From an uncultured Bacilli bacterium (GTDB lineage: Bacteria > Bacillota_I > Bacilli_A > RF39 > UBA660), in NCBI GenBank assembly GCA_944331715.1, contig CALVIP010000002.1:3268-67267 (forward strand): a DNA stretch of 64,000 nucleotides, given 5' to 3'. The position numbers and the translations under genes are program-made. Positions 11,268-19,659 of the stretch are shown piece by piece. The notes beneath the pieces are model-generated. The model did no database searches and was not told the origin of the DNA. It saw nothing but the letters and a program-made list of their open reading frames with translations. Every line of letters starts with the position of its first letter. The stretch's first letter is position 1.

Positions 11268-12923
11268 TTAATCATGATAACAACTACCACCAATAAATTC
11301 TCTAAGTATAGAATCATCTGGAATACTCTCACTTGGTATAGGTAATATAAGTCTTAAGATATTTAAAAGTCTCTTTGCCTCTTCATAATAAGCTGAATCT
11401 TCATCTACTGAATAAAGTAAAGGTTCAACATAAGTTTTTAATACACCTAACTCATATATTAAAGCTGTATTAATAGTAACATCCGCTTCATCTTGATAAG
11501 GGAATATATATTTCTCTTCCCCACTTCTAACATTATTCCAAACTTTTAACGTATCTACTACATTATAACCTCTAGTCCTATTATCCCTAATTATTCTTCT
11601 TAAAAGTCTATTATCTGTAGTAGGAAAACGATTATGGTAATCTATATTAAGTTCTGTTAAAGCAGATAAATATATTTTAAATTTATTCTTAGCAGGTATC
11701 TCTTTTAACACTTTAGGATTTAAGGCATGTATTCCTTCTATTAACAAGATATCATCTTTATCTAATTTTAATTCTTTAACAAACTCTTTAACTCCTTCTT
11801 TAAAGTTATAGATAGGTGCCATTACTTCTTTACCTTCTAATAATTCATTAATTTGTTTAGTTAATAACTTATTATCAACAGCCTCAAAACACTCATAATC
11901 TTTCTCACCTTTTTCATTAACTGGTGTTTTATCTCTATCTACAAAGTAATCATCCATACTAATCATTTTAGGATTAAGTCCAAAACTCTTTAAATACATA
12001 CATAGTTTAGTAGTAGTTGTAGTCTTACCACTAGAAGATGGACCTGCAAGTAAAATAATTTTTTTATCTTTTTTATTATCTACTATCTTTCTAGCAACAG
12101 AAAGTAATCTATTACTCTGTAAAGTTTCATCTATTCTAATTAAATCTGCAATCTTCCCACGACTAACAACTTCATTTAAATCTGCAATAGTTTCTATTTT
12201 CATTAATTTAGTCCAATCTCTACATTCTTTAAAGACTTTAAACATATTAGGATGATGAGTATAAGCTTTAATTTGATTATGAGAATATTCTGTAGGAAAT
12301 TGAAGTACAAAACCATTATCATCTACATAAGTTAATTTAAAGTCTTTTAGACAAGAAGTAGAAGGAGGCATCTTACCATAAAAGTAGTTATAATAATTAC
12401 CTAATCTATAAAGAGTAATAAATGTATTAGTATTATATTTCATAATCTTAGCTTTAGCTAAGTCATTAATACTCTCAAAATAATGTATAGCAGATATTCT
12501 TTCTACACTAACTTTAGTAATAGATAAATCCATATCTACTAGTTTTAACATCTTTCTAGCGATTGATTTAAGTATTGTCTCTGTAAGTGGAAAACTTGTT
12601 TTAATATAAATTCCTTTATCTAATGAATGCATTACTATAATATTAGCATCTAGTCCAAATATCTCTTTAACAGCAACTATAAGTAAAAACGTTAACCCAG
12701 AAATATGAGTTCTATTACCTATCTTAGAATTCAAATCGAAAAAAGTTATTCCGCAAGGATCATTAACTACATAACTAAGTTCTTTATATATATTATTAAC
12801 ACTTGCAAGAATAATAGGAAAACGATAATCTTTCTGATATTCTTTACTTAATTGCAATAAGGTTGTACCACGAGGTACTATCTCTTCTTTACCATTTATT
12901 GTTACTTTAACTTCTTCAATCAT
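11268..12923 (-). CDS. Uridine-kinase-family nucleoside kinase with an N-terminal TGS-like domain
   Basis: N-terminal beta-grasp/TGS-like segment (VKVTINGKEEIVPRGTTLLQL). The C-terminal half has a GPSSSGKTTTT P-loop and a DDYF motif as in Udk/PRK kinases. The ~550 aa fusion architecture is known in Clostridia and Bacilli. Confidence 0.6.
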   Translation of the reverse strand: MIEEVKVTINGKEEIVPRGTTLLQLSKEYQKDYRFPIILASVNNIYKELSYVVNDPCGITFFDLNSKIGNRTHISGLTFLLIVAVKEIFGLDANIIVMHSLDKGIYIKTSFPLTETILKSIARKMLKLVDMDLSITKVSVERISAIHYFESINDLAKAKIMKYNTNTFITLYRLGNYYNYFYGKMPPSTSCLKDFKLTYVDDNGFVLQFPTEYSHNQIKAYTHHPNMFKVFKECRDWTKLMKIETIADLNEVVSRGKIADLIRIDETLQSNRLLSVARKIVDNKKDKKIILLAGPSSSGKTTTTTKLCMYLKSFGLNPKMISMDDYFVDRDKTPVNEKGEKDYECFEAVDNKLLTKQINELLEGKEVMAPIYNFKEGVKEFVKELKLDKDDILLIEGIHALNPKVLKEIPAKNKFKIYLSALTELNIDYHNRFPTTDNRLLRRIIRDNRTRGYNVVDTLKVWNNVRSGEEKYIFPYQDEADVTINTALIYELGVLKTYVEPLLYSVDEDSAYYEEAKRLLNILRLILPIPSESIPDDSILREFIGGSCYHD

Positions 12924-13047
12924 CTTAACACCCTCTTAATTCTATATATGATTATACCAAAATTAACATACAAAGTCTAATAATTTTGCCACATCTTGTA
13001 AGGTATAATTTAAAGTTTATTTGGATATAGTAGAATTAGGTGATAAT

Positions 13048-13617
13048 ATGAATCTAATACCAATGATTGTAGATAAAGAAATAAATGGTGAAAGAAGTTA
13101 TGATATCTTTTCTAAGTTGTTAAAGAATAGAATAATTATATTAAGTGGTACTATTAATGATGAATCTGCTAATACTATTGTTGCAGAACTACTCTACCTA
13201 GATTCTCTAAATCATGAAGATATATCTCTTTATATTAATTCCCCAGGAGGCTCTGTAACAGCAGGTTTCGCTATCTATGATACAATGAATTTAATTAAGA
13301 GTGATGTCTCCACTATTTGTATGGGACTATCTGCATCCATGGCAGCTTTTCTCCTATCTAGTGGTAAAAAAGGCAAAAGATATGCTCTACCTAATAGTGA
13401 AGTAATGATACATCAACCATTAGGAGGAGCAGAAGGTCAAGCGACAGAGATTAAGATAGCAGCAGAGCATATCATTAAAACTAAAAAAAAGCTAAACAAG
13501 ATTCTAGCTTTAAATACTAAACAAAAATTAGAAAAAATAGAACAAGATACAGAAAGAGATTATTTCTTAGAAGCTAAGGAAGCTAAAGAGTATGGACTAA
13601 TAGATAAAGTTCTCTAA
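13048..13617 (+). CDS. clpP: ATP-dependent Clp protease proteolytic subunit
   Basis: [11 protein letters not shown]...[17 protein letters not shown]-terminus, an active-site Ser in GLSASMAAF, and the [15 protein letters not shown] motif. The start is trimmed to the canonical Met. Confidence 0.93.
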   Translation: MNLIPMIVDKEINGERSYDIFSKLLKNRIIILSGTINDESANTIVAELLYLDSLNHEDISLYINSPGGSVTAGFAIYDTMNLIKSDVSTICMGLSASMAAFLLSSGKKGKRYALPNSEVMIHQPLGGAEGQATEIKIAAEHIIKTKKKLNKILALNTKQKLEKIEQDTERDYFLEAKEAKEYGLIDKVL

Positions 13618-13832
13618 TCTACAAAGACTTTATCCATTAGTTTTTTTATTTTCTTCTTACGTTGTTTAGTTTTCTTCTTATTAACAAAAACTTCTTTAGT
13701 GTCACTATTAATTTCTAAAACATCCCCTTCTTTAACAGTAGGAAGTTTATCTATTCTATAAGTCATAACTTTTCCTTTATCTAGTTCAACCACTACTAAA
13801 TTATTCTCTATTCTATCAACAATTACTTCCAT
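13614..13832 (-). CDS. DUF3006-family small protein
   Basis: [41 protein letters not shown] matches the DUF3006 pattern (IVDRFEGD.AV.EL...P..VKEGDVL). Confidence 0.55.
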   Translation of the reverse strand: MEVIVDRIENNLVVVELDKGKVMTYRIDKLPTVKEGDVLEINSDTKEVFVNKKKTKQRKKKIKKLMDKVFVD

Positions 13833-14112
13833 AGGTTTAACATATTCACTAAATATAAAAGTCCCTCCTTTCTTATAATATCTCTTTCTAAAGACACTAT
13901 AACAGAAAAGAAAAACTTTGAAAAATTACAATTTTTCAAAATTCAAAGTATTTTTATAAGCAAATTTAAAAATTCCCTAGAGAAAAATAAAATATCTAAA
14001 TCTAAAAACATCTAAATTTTCAAAATTACAACTTTTTTCACTTTTTAACACATAAAGTCCGATTATGTTTAAGTATTAACTTTTCATACTTACAATAAAA
14101 CTGGTGATTAAA

Positions 14113-14235
14113 TTGGTAGAAATAAGAAATAGAATGGCAATACTTCGTCACAAGAATAATTTAAAACAAAAGGATATTGCAAAAATATTAAAAGTAAAAG
14201 AAAACACCTACTCTAAATGGGGTTTTATGTATTAA
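14113..14235 (+). pseudogene. Truncated XRE-family helix-turn-helix regulator remnant
   Basis: The reading frame gives IRNRMAILRHKNNLKQKDIAKILKVKENTYSKWG, the canonical XRE HTH ending in SKWE. It is then cut off (GFMY-stop) and has no downstream domain. Confidence 0.55.
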
Positions 14236-14292
14236 TATTTTTTGTCCTTCATTTGGATATAATCTGAATTTATATGCTCTATATATTTCCAT
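14188..14292 (-). pseudogene. IS200/IS605-family TnpB (OrfB) N-terminal remnant
   Basis: The minus-strand frame gives MEIYRAYKFRLYPNEGQKILIHKT, matching the conserved TnpB N-terminus (AYKFRLYPTKEQ...L.KT). It stops after 34 aa where it runs into the HTH remnant. Confidence 0.5.
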
Positions 14293-14688
14293 AATACGAA
14301 CCCTCTTTCTTGTAACTTAAGTGTACTACATAAATTCGATTTTTATCCAAAAAAACGCAATTTCCTTATAGATAAAAACACCTTCCTCTATTCAAATTTA
14401 TCATACTATTAAACAAATATAAAGTATAAAAATATATAATTGACAACATCTATCTATTATGATACATTATAGATAGATGGGAGACTTGTATAAAAGATGG
14501 GGGAAAGGAGGAAAATTTAATATTTTTGAAAAAACTATGAATTTTGCAAATTGAGAGAATTATTGATATGAATATTTAAAATTCTTCTAGGGAAAATATT
14601 AAATTGAAGAGTTATTTTTCTTAAATTTTGAAAATTACCTTTTTGCAATCATTTATAGACTATGCTATAACACTTGCAAGGAGGTTTT

Positions 14689-15639
14689 ATGATAAAAAAA
14701 CGAATTAAAAATATTCCTAAGAATGTCTCTAATGAAAAGATTAGAGATTATACGATATCTAATAACTTTGTTTATGAAGGAACACTTGACTCTGTTTTTA
14801 AAGCTATTATGGGTGGTTGTCTTCTATATTTAGGAGACATGATATCTAAATTAACTGGACTAGATAAAGCTTTTATTATTAAAAACTTCAAAGAACAGAA
14901 TGTTGAATATAAAATATCTAATGCTCTAGAAAAGAAAAAAGTATCTGATTTTATCTTTAAATTACCAGGCTATATTATTAACTTAGAATGTAATCGTGGA
15001 TACTGGGATGGCCTAATAGAGCGAAATGATGCCTACTTTTGTAAAATAAAGGGTGAATTATTAAGTAAAGGTGAAGAGTATAGTAAAAAAATAAAAGTAA
15101 TCCAGATTAACTTTGATATCTTTGATAATTTTGAAGAATGTCTAGGAAAAGAAAATATCTCTAAATTTTATATGAAAAACAATGAAAATATAATAGAAAC
15201 TAAAACAAGTGAAAAGATACATATAGATATGATAAAAAGTTATAATAAGTATCTTAATGGAGAAGAGTTAACTAAACTAGATAAAGAGTTAGTAATATTA
15301 ATGTTAGATGATTATTTAGAAATTAAAAAAATAGCGGAAGGAGACGATGAATTAATGGAAGTTTCAAAGAGATTATATGAACTAACAGATAACATTGATA
15401 ATATAGGGCTTTATGATCCTGAGAAAAGAAGAAAAGAAGAAGAAGCTTTAAAGATAGAGTATCATAGTAATATTGCTAGAGAACAAGGCATTGAACAAGG
15501 AATTGAGCAAGGGAAAAAAGTTGGGGCTACTAGTGAAAAAAAGTCTATCCCTAAATCAATGCTTTCTAAAAAAATGGAAATACCTTTAATTAGTGAAATA
15601 ACCGGTCTTTCTAAAAAGCAAATAATAAATCTTATGTAA
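14689..15639 (+). CDS. Rpn/YhgA-like recombination-promoting nuclease (PD-(D/E)XK putative transposase family)
   Basis: The C-terminus has tandem EQGIEQGIEQGK repeats and then an ITGLSKKQIINL HTH-like tail, as in RpnA-E/Transposase_31 proteins. A mid-region IINLECN resembles the PD-(D/E)XK E-x-Q motif. The start is set at the ATG behind AAGGAGG, not at the TTG used in the ORF track. Confidence 0.5.
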   Translation: MIKKRIKNIPKNVSNEKIRDYTISNNFVYEGTLDSVFKAIMGGCLLYLGDMISKLTGLDKAFIIKNFKEQNVEYKISNALEKKKVSDFIFKLPGYIINLECNRGYWDGLIERNDAYFCKIKGELLSKGEEYSKKIKVIQINFDIFDNFEECLGKENISKFYMKNNENIIETKTSEKIHIDMIKSYNKYLNGEELTKLDKELVILMLDDYLEIKKIAEGDDELMEVSKRLYELTDNIDNIGLYDPEKRRKEEEALKIEYHSNIAREQGIEQGIEQGKKVGATSEKKSIPKSMLSKKMEIPLISEITGLSKKQIINLM

Positions 15640-15644
15640 TATTA

Positions 15645-15672
15645 AAACTAGTCATCTAAAATTGACTAGTTT
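15645..15672. terminator. Bidirectional terminator hairpin between the Rpn-like gene (+) and whiA (-)
   Basis: aaactagtca-tctaaaat-tgactagttt is a 10-bp perfect stem, T-rich on both sides, overlapping the whiA stop codon. Confidence 0.65.
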
Positions 15673-16592
15673 TAATTGTTCAAAAATTTAAGTGCTAACT
15701 CTCTAATCTTTCTAAATCTATGATTAAGTCCTGACTTAGTGATTCTTTTACCAGTTTCTAAACTAATAATCTCACTAAGTTCTTTAAGAGAAGCTTCTTG
15801 GTATTTTTTACGATATTCTAAAGCTTCTTTAGTCTTATCATCAAGTAATTCTATAGCCATATTATCTTCAAGTATTTTAATATATTTTAATTGTTCCATA
15901 GCAGAATCTATTACTCTATCCATATTAGCTTGTTCACAATTATTAAGACGATTAGTCTTATTTTTAGCATCTCTATAAACTCTTATCTCTTCATAATATA
16001 GTACTGCTTTACTACAACCAATTATCTTCAAAAAATCACTTATCTTATCAGCTTCTTTAATATATAGCATAAATCCTTTATCACGACTTAATAGTTTTAC
16101 ATTTAATGAATAAGTATTAAGAAGTTTCTGAACAAAAACCGCTTCATCCCCCTTCTCAATTAAAAACTCTAAATGATATCTACTAGTCTTAGGATCATTA
16201 ACACTACCACTACTTAAAAAAACACCTCTTAAATATCCTCTAACTTCATCATCTAACTCTACTAAATAACTAGGAACAACTTCACTATCAATACAAAAAT
16301 TTTCTCTAATAAAAGTATCTCCTTTAGAAATAACTAAAGCTTTAAGCTTATTTTTACTAAAATTATTATTATCTAATAATTCCTCTTCATAAGATATCTC
16401 TTCATAACTATCAAGTAAATCTTTTAAGTAATTTATAACCCTTTCGTTTTCACTACTAATTGCAATAGAATCTTTTATTATTTGATAATTATTACGAAAA
16501 AATCCTGAAATTAAAGCTATTTTAGCAGTTTCAGTTAATTTTAATGTTGTTATTTCATTCTTAACAGTGCCTGTAAAAGACATAAACCTCAC
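15672..16592 (-). CDS. whiA: Sporulation/cell-division DNA-binding regulator WhiA
   Basis: About 306 aa with LAGLIDADG-like repeats and a C-terminal HTH (KSGLNHRFRKIRELA). It lies downstream of yvcK as in Bacillus. Confidence 0.9.
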   Translation of the reverse strand: MRFMSFTGTVKNEITTLKLTETAKIALISGFFRNNYQIIKDSIAISSENERVINYLKDLLDSYEEISYEEELLDNNNFSKNKLKALVISKGDTFIRENFCIDSEVVPSYLVELDDEVRGYLRGVFLSSGSVNDPKTSRYHLEFLIEKGDEAVFVQKLLNTYSLNVKLLSRDKGFMLYIKEADKISDFLKIIGCSKAVLYYEEIRVYRDAKNKTNRLNNCEQANMDRVIDSAMEQLKYIKILEDNMAIELLDDKTKEALEYRKKYQEASLKELSEIISLETGKRITKSGLNHRFRKIRELALKFLNN

Positions 16593-16595
16593 CCC

Positions 16596-17549
16596 TTATT
16601 TCATCAAGTATGAGAATATTAAAGCACTAAGTTTTTGACTATGATGTTTTAATGTACCATCAGCAATAGTTAAAAGATCTGCTTCAATAAATTCTGTATC
16701 TAATTTAGATAAAACAGGATAATCTATTTTAACTGGATCCTTTCGTTCTTTAGTAGCATACCTCATAGCCATCTCTTCACTTATTTTAGAATTTGATGCT
16801 ATAACTGCATCAAGCTTATGTTTACCTAAATAACTATTTATAAGATTAACATGGTCACTCACAGTAAAGTCATCAGTCTCCCCTGGTTGTGTAACTATAT
16901 TACATAGATACATAATAGGAGTCTTTACTTCATCAAAGCACTTAATAACATCATTACTTATAATATGAGGAAATATACTAGTATAAAGACTTCCCATACT
17001 AAAAATAATTAAGTCTGCTTCTTTAATAGCAACCTTTACTTCTTCTAATACTTCAGGTTGTTCTTTATAAAAAAGTCTCTTTACTTTTTTATCACTCTTA
17101 GTAATAGAAGCTTCTCCTTCTATAACACTACCATCAGTCATCTCTGCCATAAGTGTTACATTAGCATCTTCTGTTAATGGTAACACTTTATTTTTAATAT
17201 CTAAAAGAGTACAAAGTTCATTAATAGATTCTTTTAAACTACCTGTAATATTTAAAAGAGATATAAGTATTAAATTACCTAAAGCATGTCCGTCTAAATC
17301 ACTTGTAGTATTAAAACGATACTCTAACATATTCTTAATATTATCACTAGCAGATGATAAACTACTAAGTACTTTTCTAATATCCCCAACAGCAGGAGCA
17401 TGAAACTCTTCTCTTAATTTACCAGTACTTCTCCCATCATCTGATACAGTTATAACTGCAGTTATATCTAAAGGAAAGTCTTTAAGTCCTTTAAGTAAAT
17501 AAGAAAGCCCTGTTCCTCCTCCAAAAACTACGATCTTTTTATTATTCAT
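16596..17549 (-). CDS. yvcK: Gluconeogenesis factor YvcK (CofD-like, UPF0052)
   Basis: N-terminal VVFGGGTGLSYLLKGLK...VITVSDDGRSTGKLR signature. Confidence 0.9.
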   Translation of the reverse strand: MNNKKIVVFGGGTGLSYLLKGLKDFPLDITAVITVSDDGRSTGKLREEFHAPAVGDIRKVLSSLSSASDNIKNMLEYRFNTTSDLDGHALGNLILISLLNITGSLKESINELCTLLDIKNKVLPLTEDANVTLMAEMTDGSVIEGEASITKSDKKVKRLFYKEQPEVLEEVKVAIKEADLIIFSMGSLYTSIFPHIISNDVIKCFDEVKTPIMYLCNIVTQPGETDDFTVSDHVNLINSYLGKHKLDAVIASNSKISEEMAMRYATKERKDPVKIDYPVLSKLDTEFIEADLLTIADGTLKHHSQKLSALIFSYLMK

Positions 17550-17556
17550 TTACTAC

Positions 17557-18435
17557 TCATCTCCTTGAAATCTCTAAAGCAACCCTAGCCGCTTCACCCA
17601 TAGCAATAACTATTTGGTAATCATACTTATTTAAGGCATCACCTACTGCATAAACTCCATCTATAGAAGTCATTAAATTATTATCTGTCTTAATATATCC
17701 TCTATCATCTAAAATATTTAAAGGTTCTAAGAAGCTAGCATTAGGAATCTGTCCTATATATATAAATACTCCATCAGTAATTATATCATTACCATTCTTT
17801 GTCTTAATAGTAATTCTATCATCTTTACTAAAACTTTCTACTTCTCCTTTTACAAAAGAAATATTATCTATTTTCTTAATCATATCTTGTAAATAAGCTT
17901 TCGCTCTAAATTCATTACGATATAAAACAGTAACAGACAAAGCTAGCTTACTTAAATATATTGCCCCTTCAAAAGCTGCATCAGAAGCACCCACTACTAC
18001 CACATCTTTATTTTTATACAATGCTCCATCACAAACAGCACAATAACTTATTCCCTTAGTCCTAAGTTCATCTTCACCTTTAACACCTAACAACTTAGGC
18101 TTACGACCAGTAGCAATTATAACATAGTCACATATATATTCATCTTTACTAGTAATAACTTTTTTCTCTTTATCTATCTTAATCTCTTTAACTTCTTCAT
18201 ATTTAACAGGAACCCCTAAATCAGTAATTTGTTTTAACATCTTTAAAGCTAAATCACTTCCACTGATAGACTCATATGAGGGAAAGTTCATAATATTACC
18301 ATTATCAACTATCTGTCCTCCAGGCATAGATTTTTCTAAAATAATACAGTCTATCCCTGCTCTATTTAAATATAATGCTGCAGTCATACCTGCAACACCA
18401 CATCCTATTATAACTACTTTATATTTATTATTCAT
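17557..18435 (-). CDS. trxB: Thioredoxin-disulfide reductase
   Basis: FAD motif VIIGCGVAGMTAALY, redox centre CAVCDG, and NAD(P) motif VVVGASDAAFEGA. The start is trimmed to MNNKYKV (ATG at 18435). Confidence 0.88.
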   Translation of the reverse strand: MNNKYKVVIIGCGVAGMTAALYLNRAGIDCIILEKSMPGGQIVDNGNIMNFPSYESISGSDLALKMLKQITDLGVPVKYEEVKEIKIDKEKKVITSKDEYICDYVIIATGRKPKLLGVKGEDELRTKGISYCAVCDGALYKNKDVVVVGASDAAFEGAIYLSKLALSVTVLYRNEFRAKAYLQDMIKKIDNISFVKGEVESFSKDDRITIKTKNGNDIITDGVFIYIGQIPNASFLEPLNILDDRGYIKTDNNLMTSIDGVYAVGDALNKYDYQIVIAMGEAARVALEISRR

Positions 18436-19222
18436 AAAGCACATCCTCTCTATACAATTTATTTTTTCTTCGCACAAAGACAAAATAAACTCCTACAGCA
18501 AACAATACTACAGATACAAGTTGAGCAACTCTAATAGGACCTAACATTAAACTATCAAGTCTCATACTTTCTATTATAAACCTAATAAAAGAATACCACA
18601 TCATATAAAATCCCATAAGTTGTCCTGTTCTTAAATTCTTATAAAACTTTCTAATTAATAAAAGAATTATAAAGCCAATTACATTCCAAACTGATTCAAA
18701 GAAGAATGTTGGCATATAGTAATCTCCATTAATATACATTCCTCTAATAATAAATTCCGGTATATATAAACTCTTTAAATATCCATATGATGTAACATAT
18801 CCATATGCTTCACTATTAAAGAAATTACCCCATCTTCCTATCGCTTGTCCAATAATAAGACCTACTACTAGTATATCTAAAAGTTTTAAAAGATTTAATT
18901 TATGCTTCTTACTATAATACCAAATATATAAAAGTCCACCAAGTATTCCTCCATGAATAGCAAGTCCTCCATGCCATATATAAAGTATTTCTATAGGATT
19001 AGACAAGTAATATGATAGATTAAATAAAACATAATAAAGTCTCGCTCCTAAAAAAGCAAAGATAATTGTATAGAAAAACATATCAAAGAGTTCATTTTTA
19101 TCAACCCTATTTTTTTCTAGCTCTAAAAAGACACAAACTCCACCTACTATTACTCCTAAAAGAATAAAGATAGAATAATAATATATTTTTATAAATCCTA
19201 AATCTAAAAACACTCTATCCAT
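18428..19222 (-). CDS. lgt: Prolipoprotein diacylglyceryl transferase
   Basis: Polytopic membrane protein with the Lgt signature (GFIKIYYYSIFILLG...HGGLAIHGGILGG...GRWGNFFN). Confidence 0.9.
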   Translation of the reverse strand: MDRVFLDLGFIKIYYYSIFILLGVIVGGVCVFLELEKNRVDKNELFDMFFYTIIFAFLGARLYYVLFNLSYYLSNPIEILYIWHGGLAIHGGILGGLLYIWYYSKKHKLNLLKLLDILVVGLIIGQAIGRWGNFFNSEAYGYVTSYGYLKSLYIPEFIIRGMYINGDYYMPTFFFESVWNVIGFIILLLIRKFYKNLRTGQLMGFYMMWYSFIRFIIESMRLDSLMLGPIRVAQLVSVVLFAVGVYFVFVRRKNKLYREDVLYE

Positions 19223-19643
19223 AATGTTTAACCTTTCTTATAATAGGTTTAATAACAAATTCTTCTATTAAAACATTCGCTACTGAAATTAATATTGAAA
19301 TAACAAGAGCCACCCAAAAATCTAAAAGATTAAAATATTTACCTAAAATCCAATCTGCAAGTTTTAAAATAAATAAGTTTATAAATGGATAAAAAAGGCC
19401 CAAAGTCAAACCTGTTACTGGTATTGTTAATCTAACTAACAAAGGCTTAACTGTTTGATTTAAAATATAAATTATAAATGATGCAAGTATAGAAAAAAGT
19501 ACAGGATGTGATGGATCTATATAAAATGTTTCAAAACCAAAGGAAACTAAAAAGAAGACTAATGAATAACTAGCAAAATACAAAAGCCATTCTAAAAATC
19601 TATTTAATCTGATTTTTTCTTTTGTCTTTACAATTATTCTCAT
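19215..19643 (-). CDS. DUF360 / phage-holin-4_2 family membrane protein (YvlD-like)
   Basis: 142 aa with four TM helices and conserved prolines, adjacent to lgt as yvlD/DUF360 genes often are. Confidence 0.55.
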   Translation of the reverse strand: MRIIVKTKEKIRLNRFLEWLLYFASYSLVFFLVSFGFETFYIDPSHPVLFSILASFIIYILNQTVKPLLVRLTIPVTGLTLGLFYPFINLFILKLADWILGKYFNLLDFWVALVISILISVANVLIEEFVIKPIIRKVKHYG

Positions 19644-19659
19644 AGTCTCCTCCTATAAT

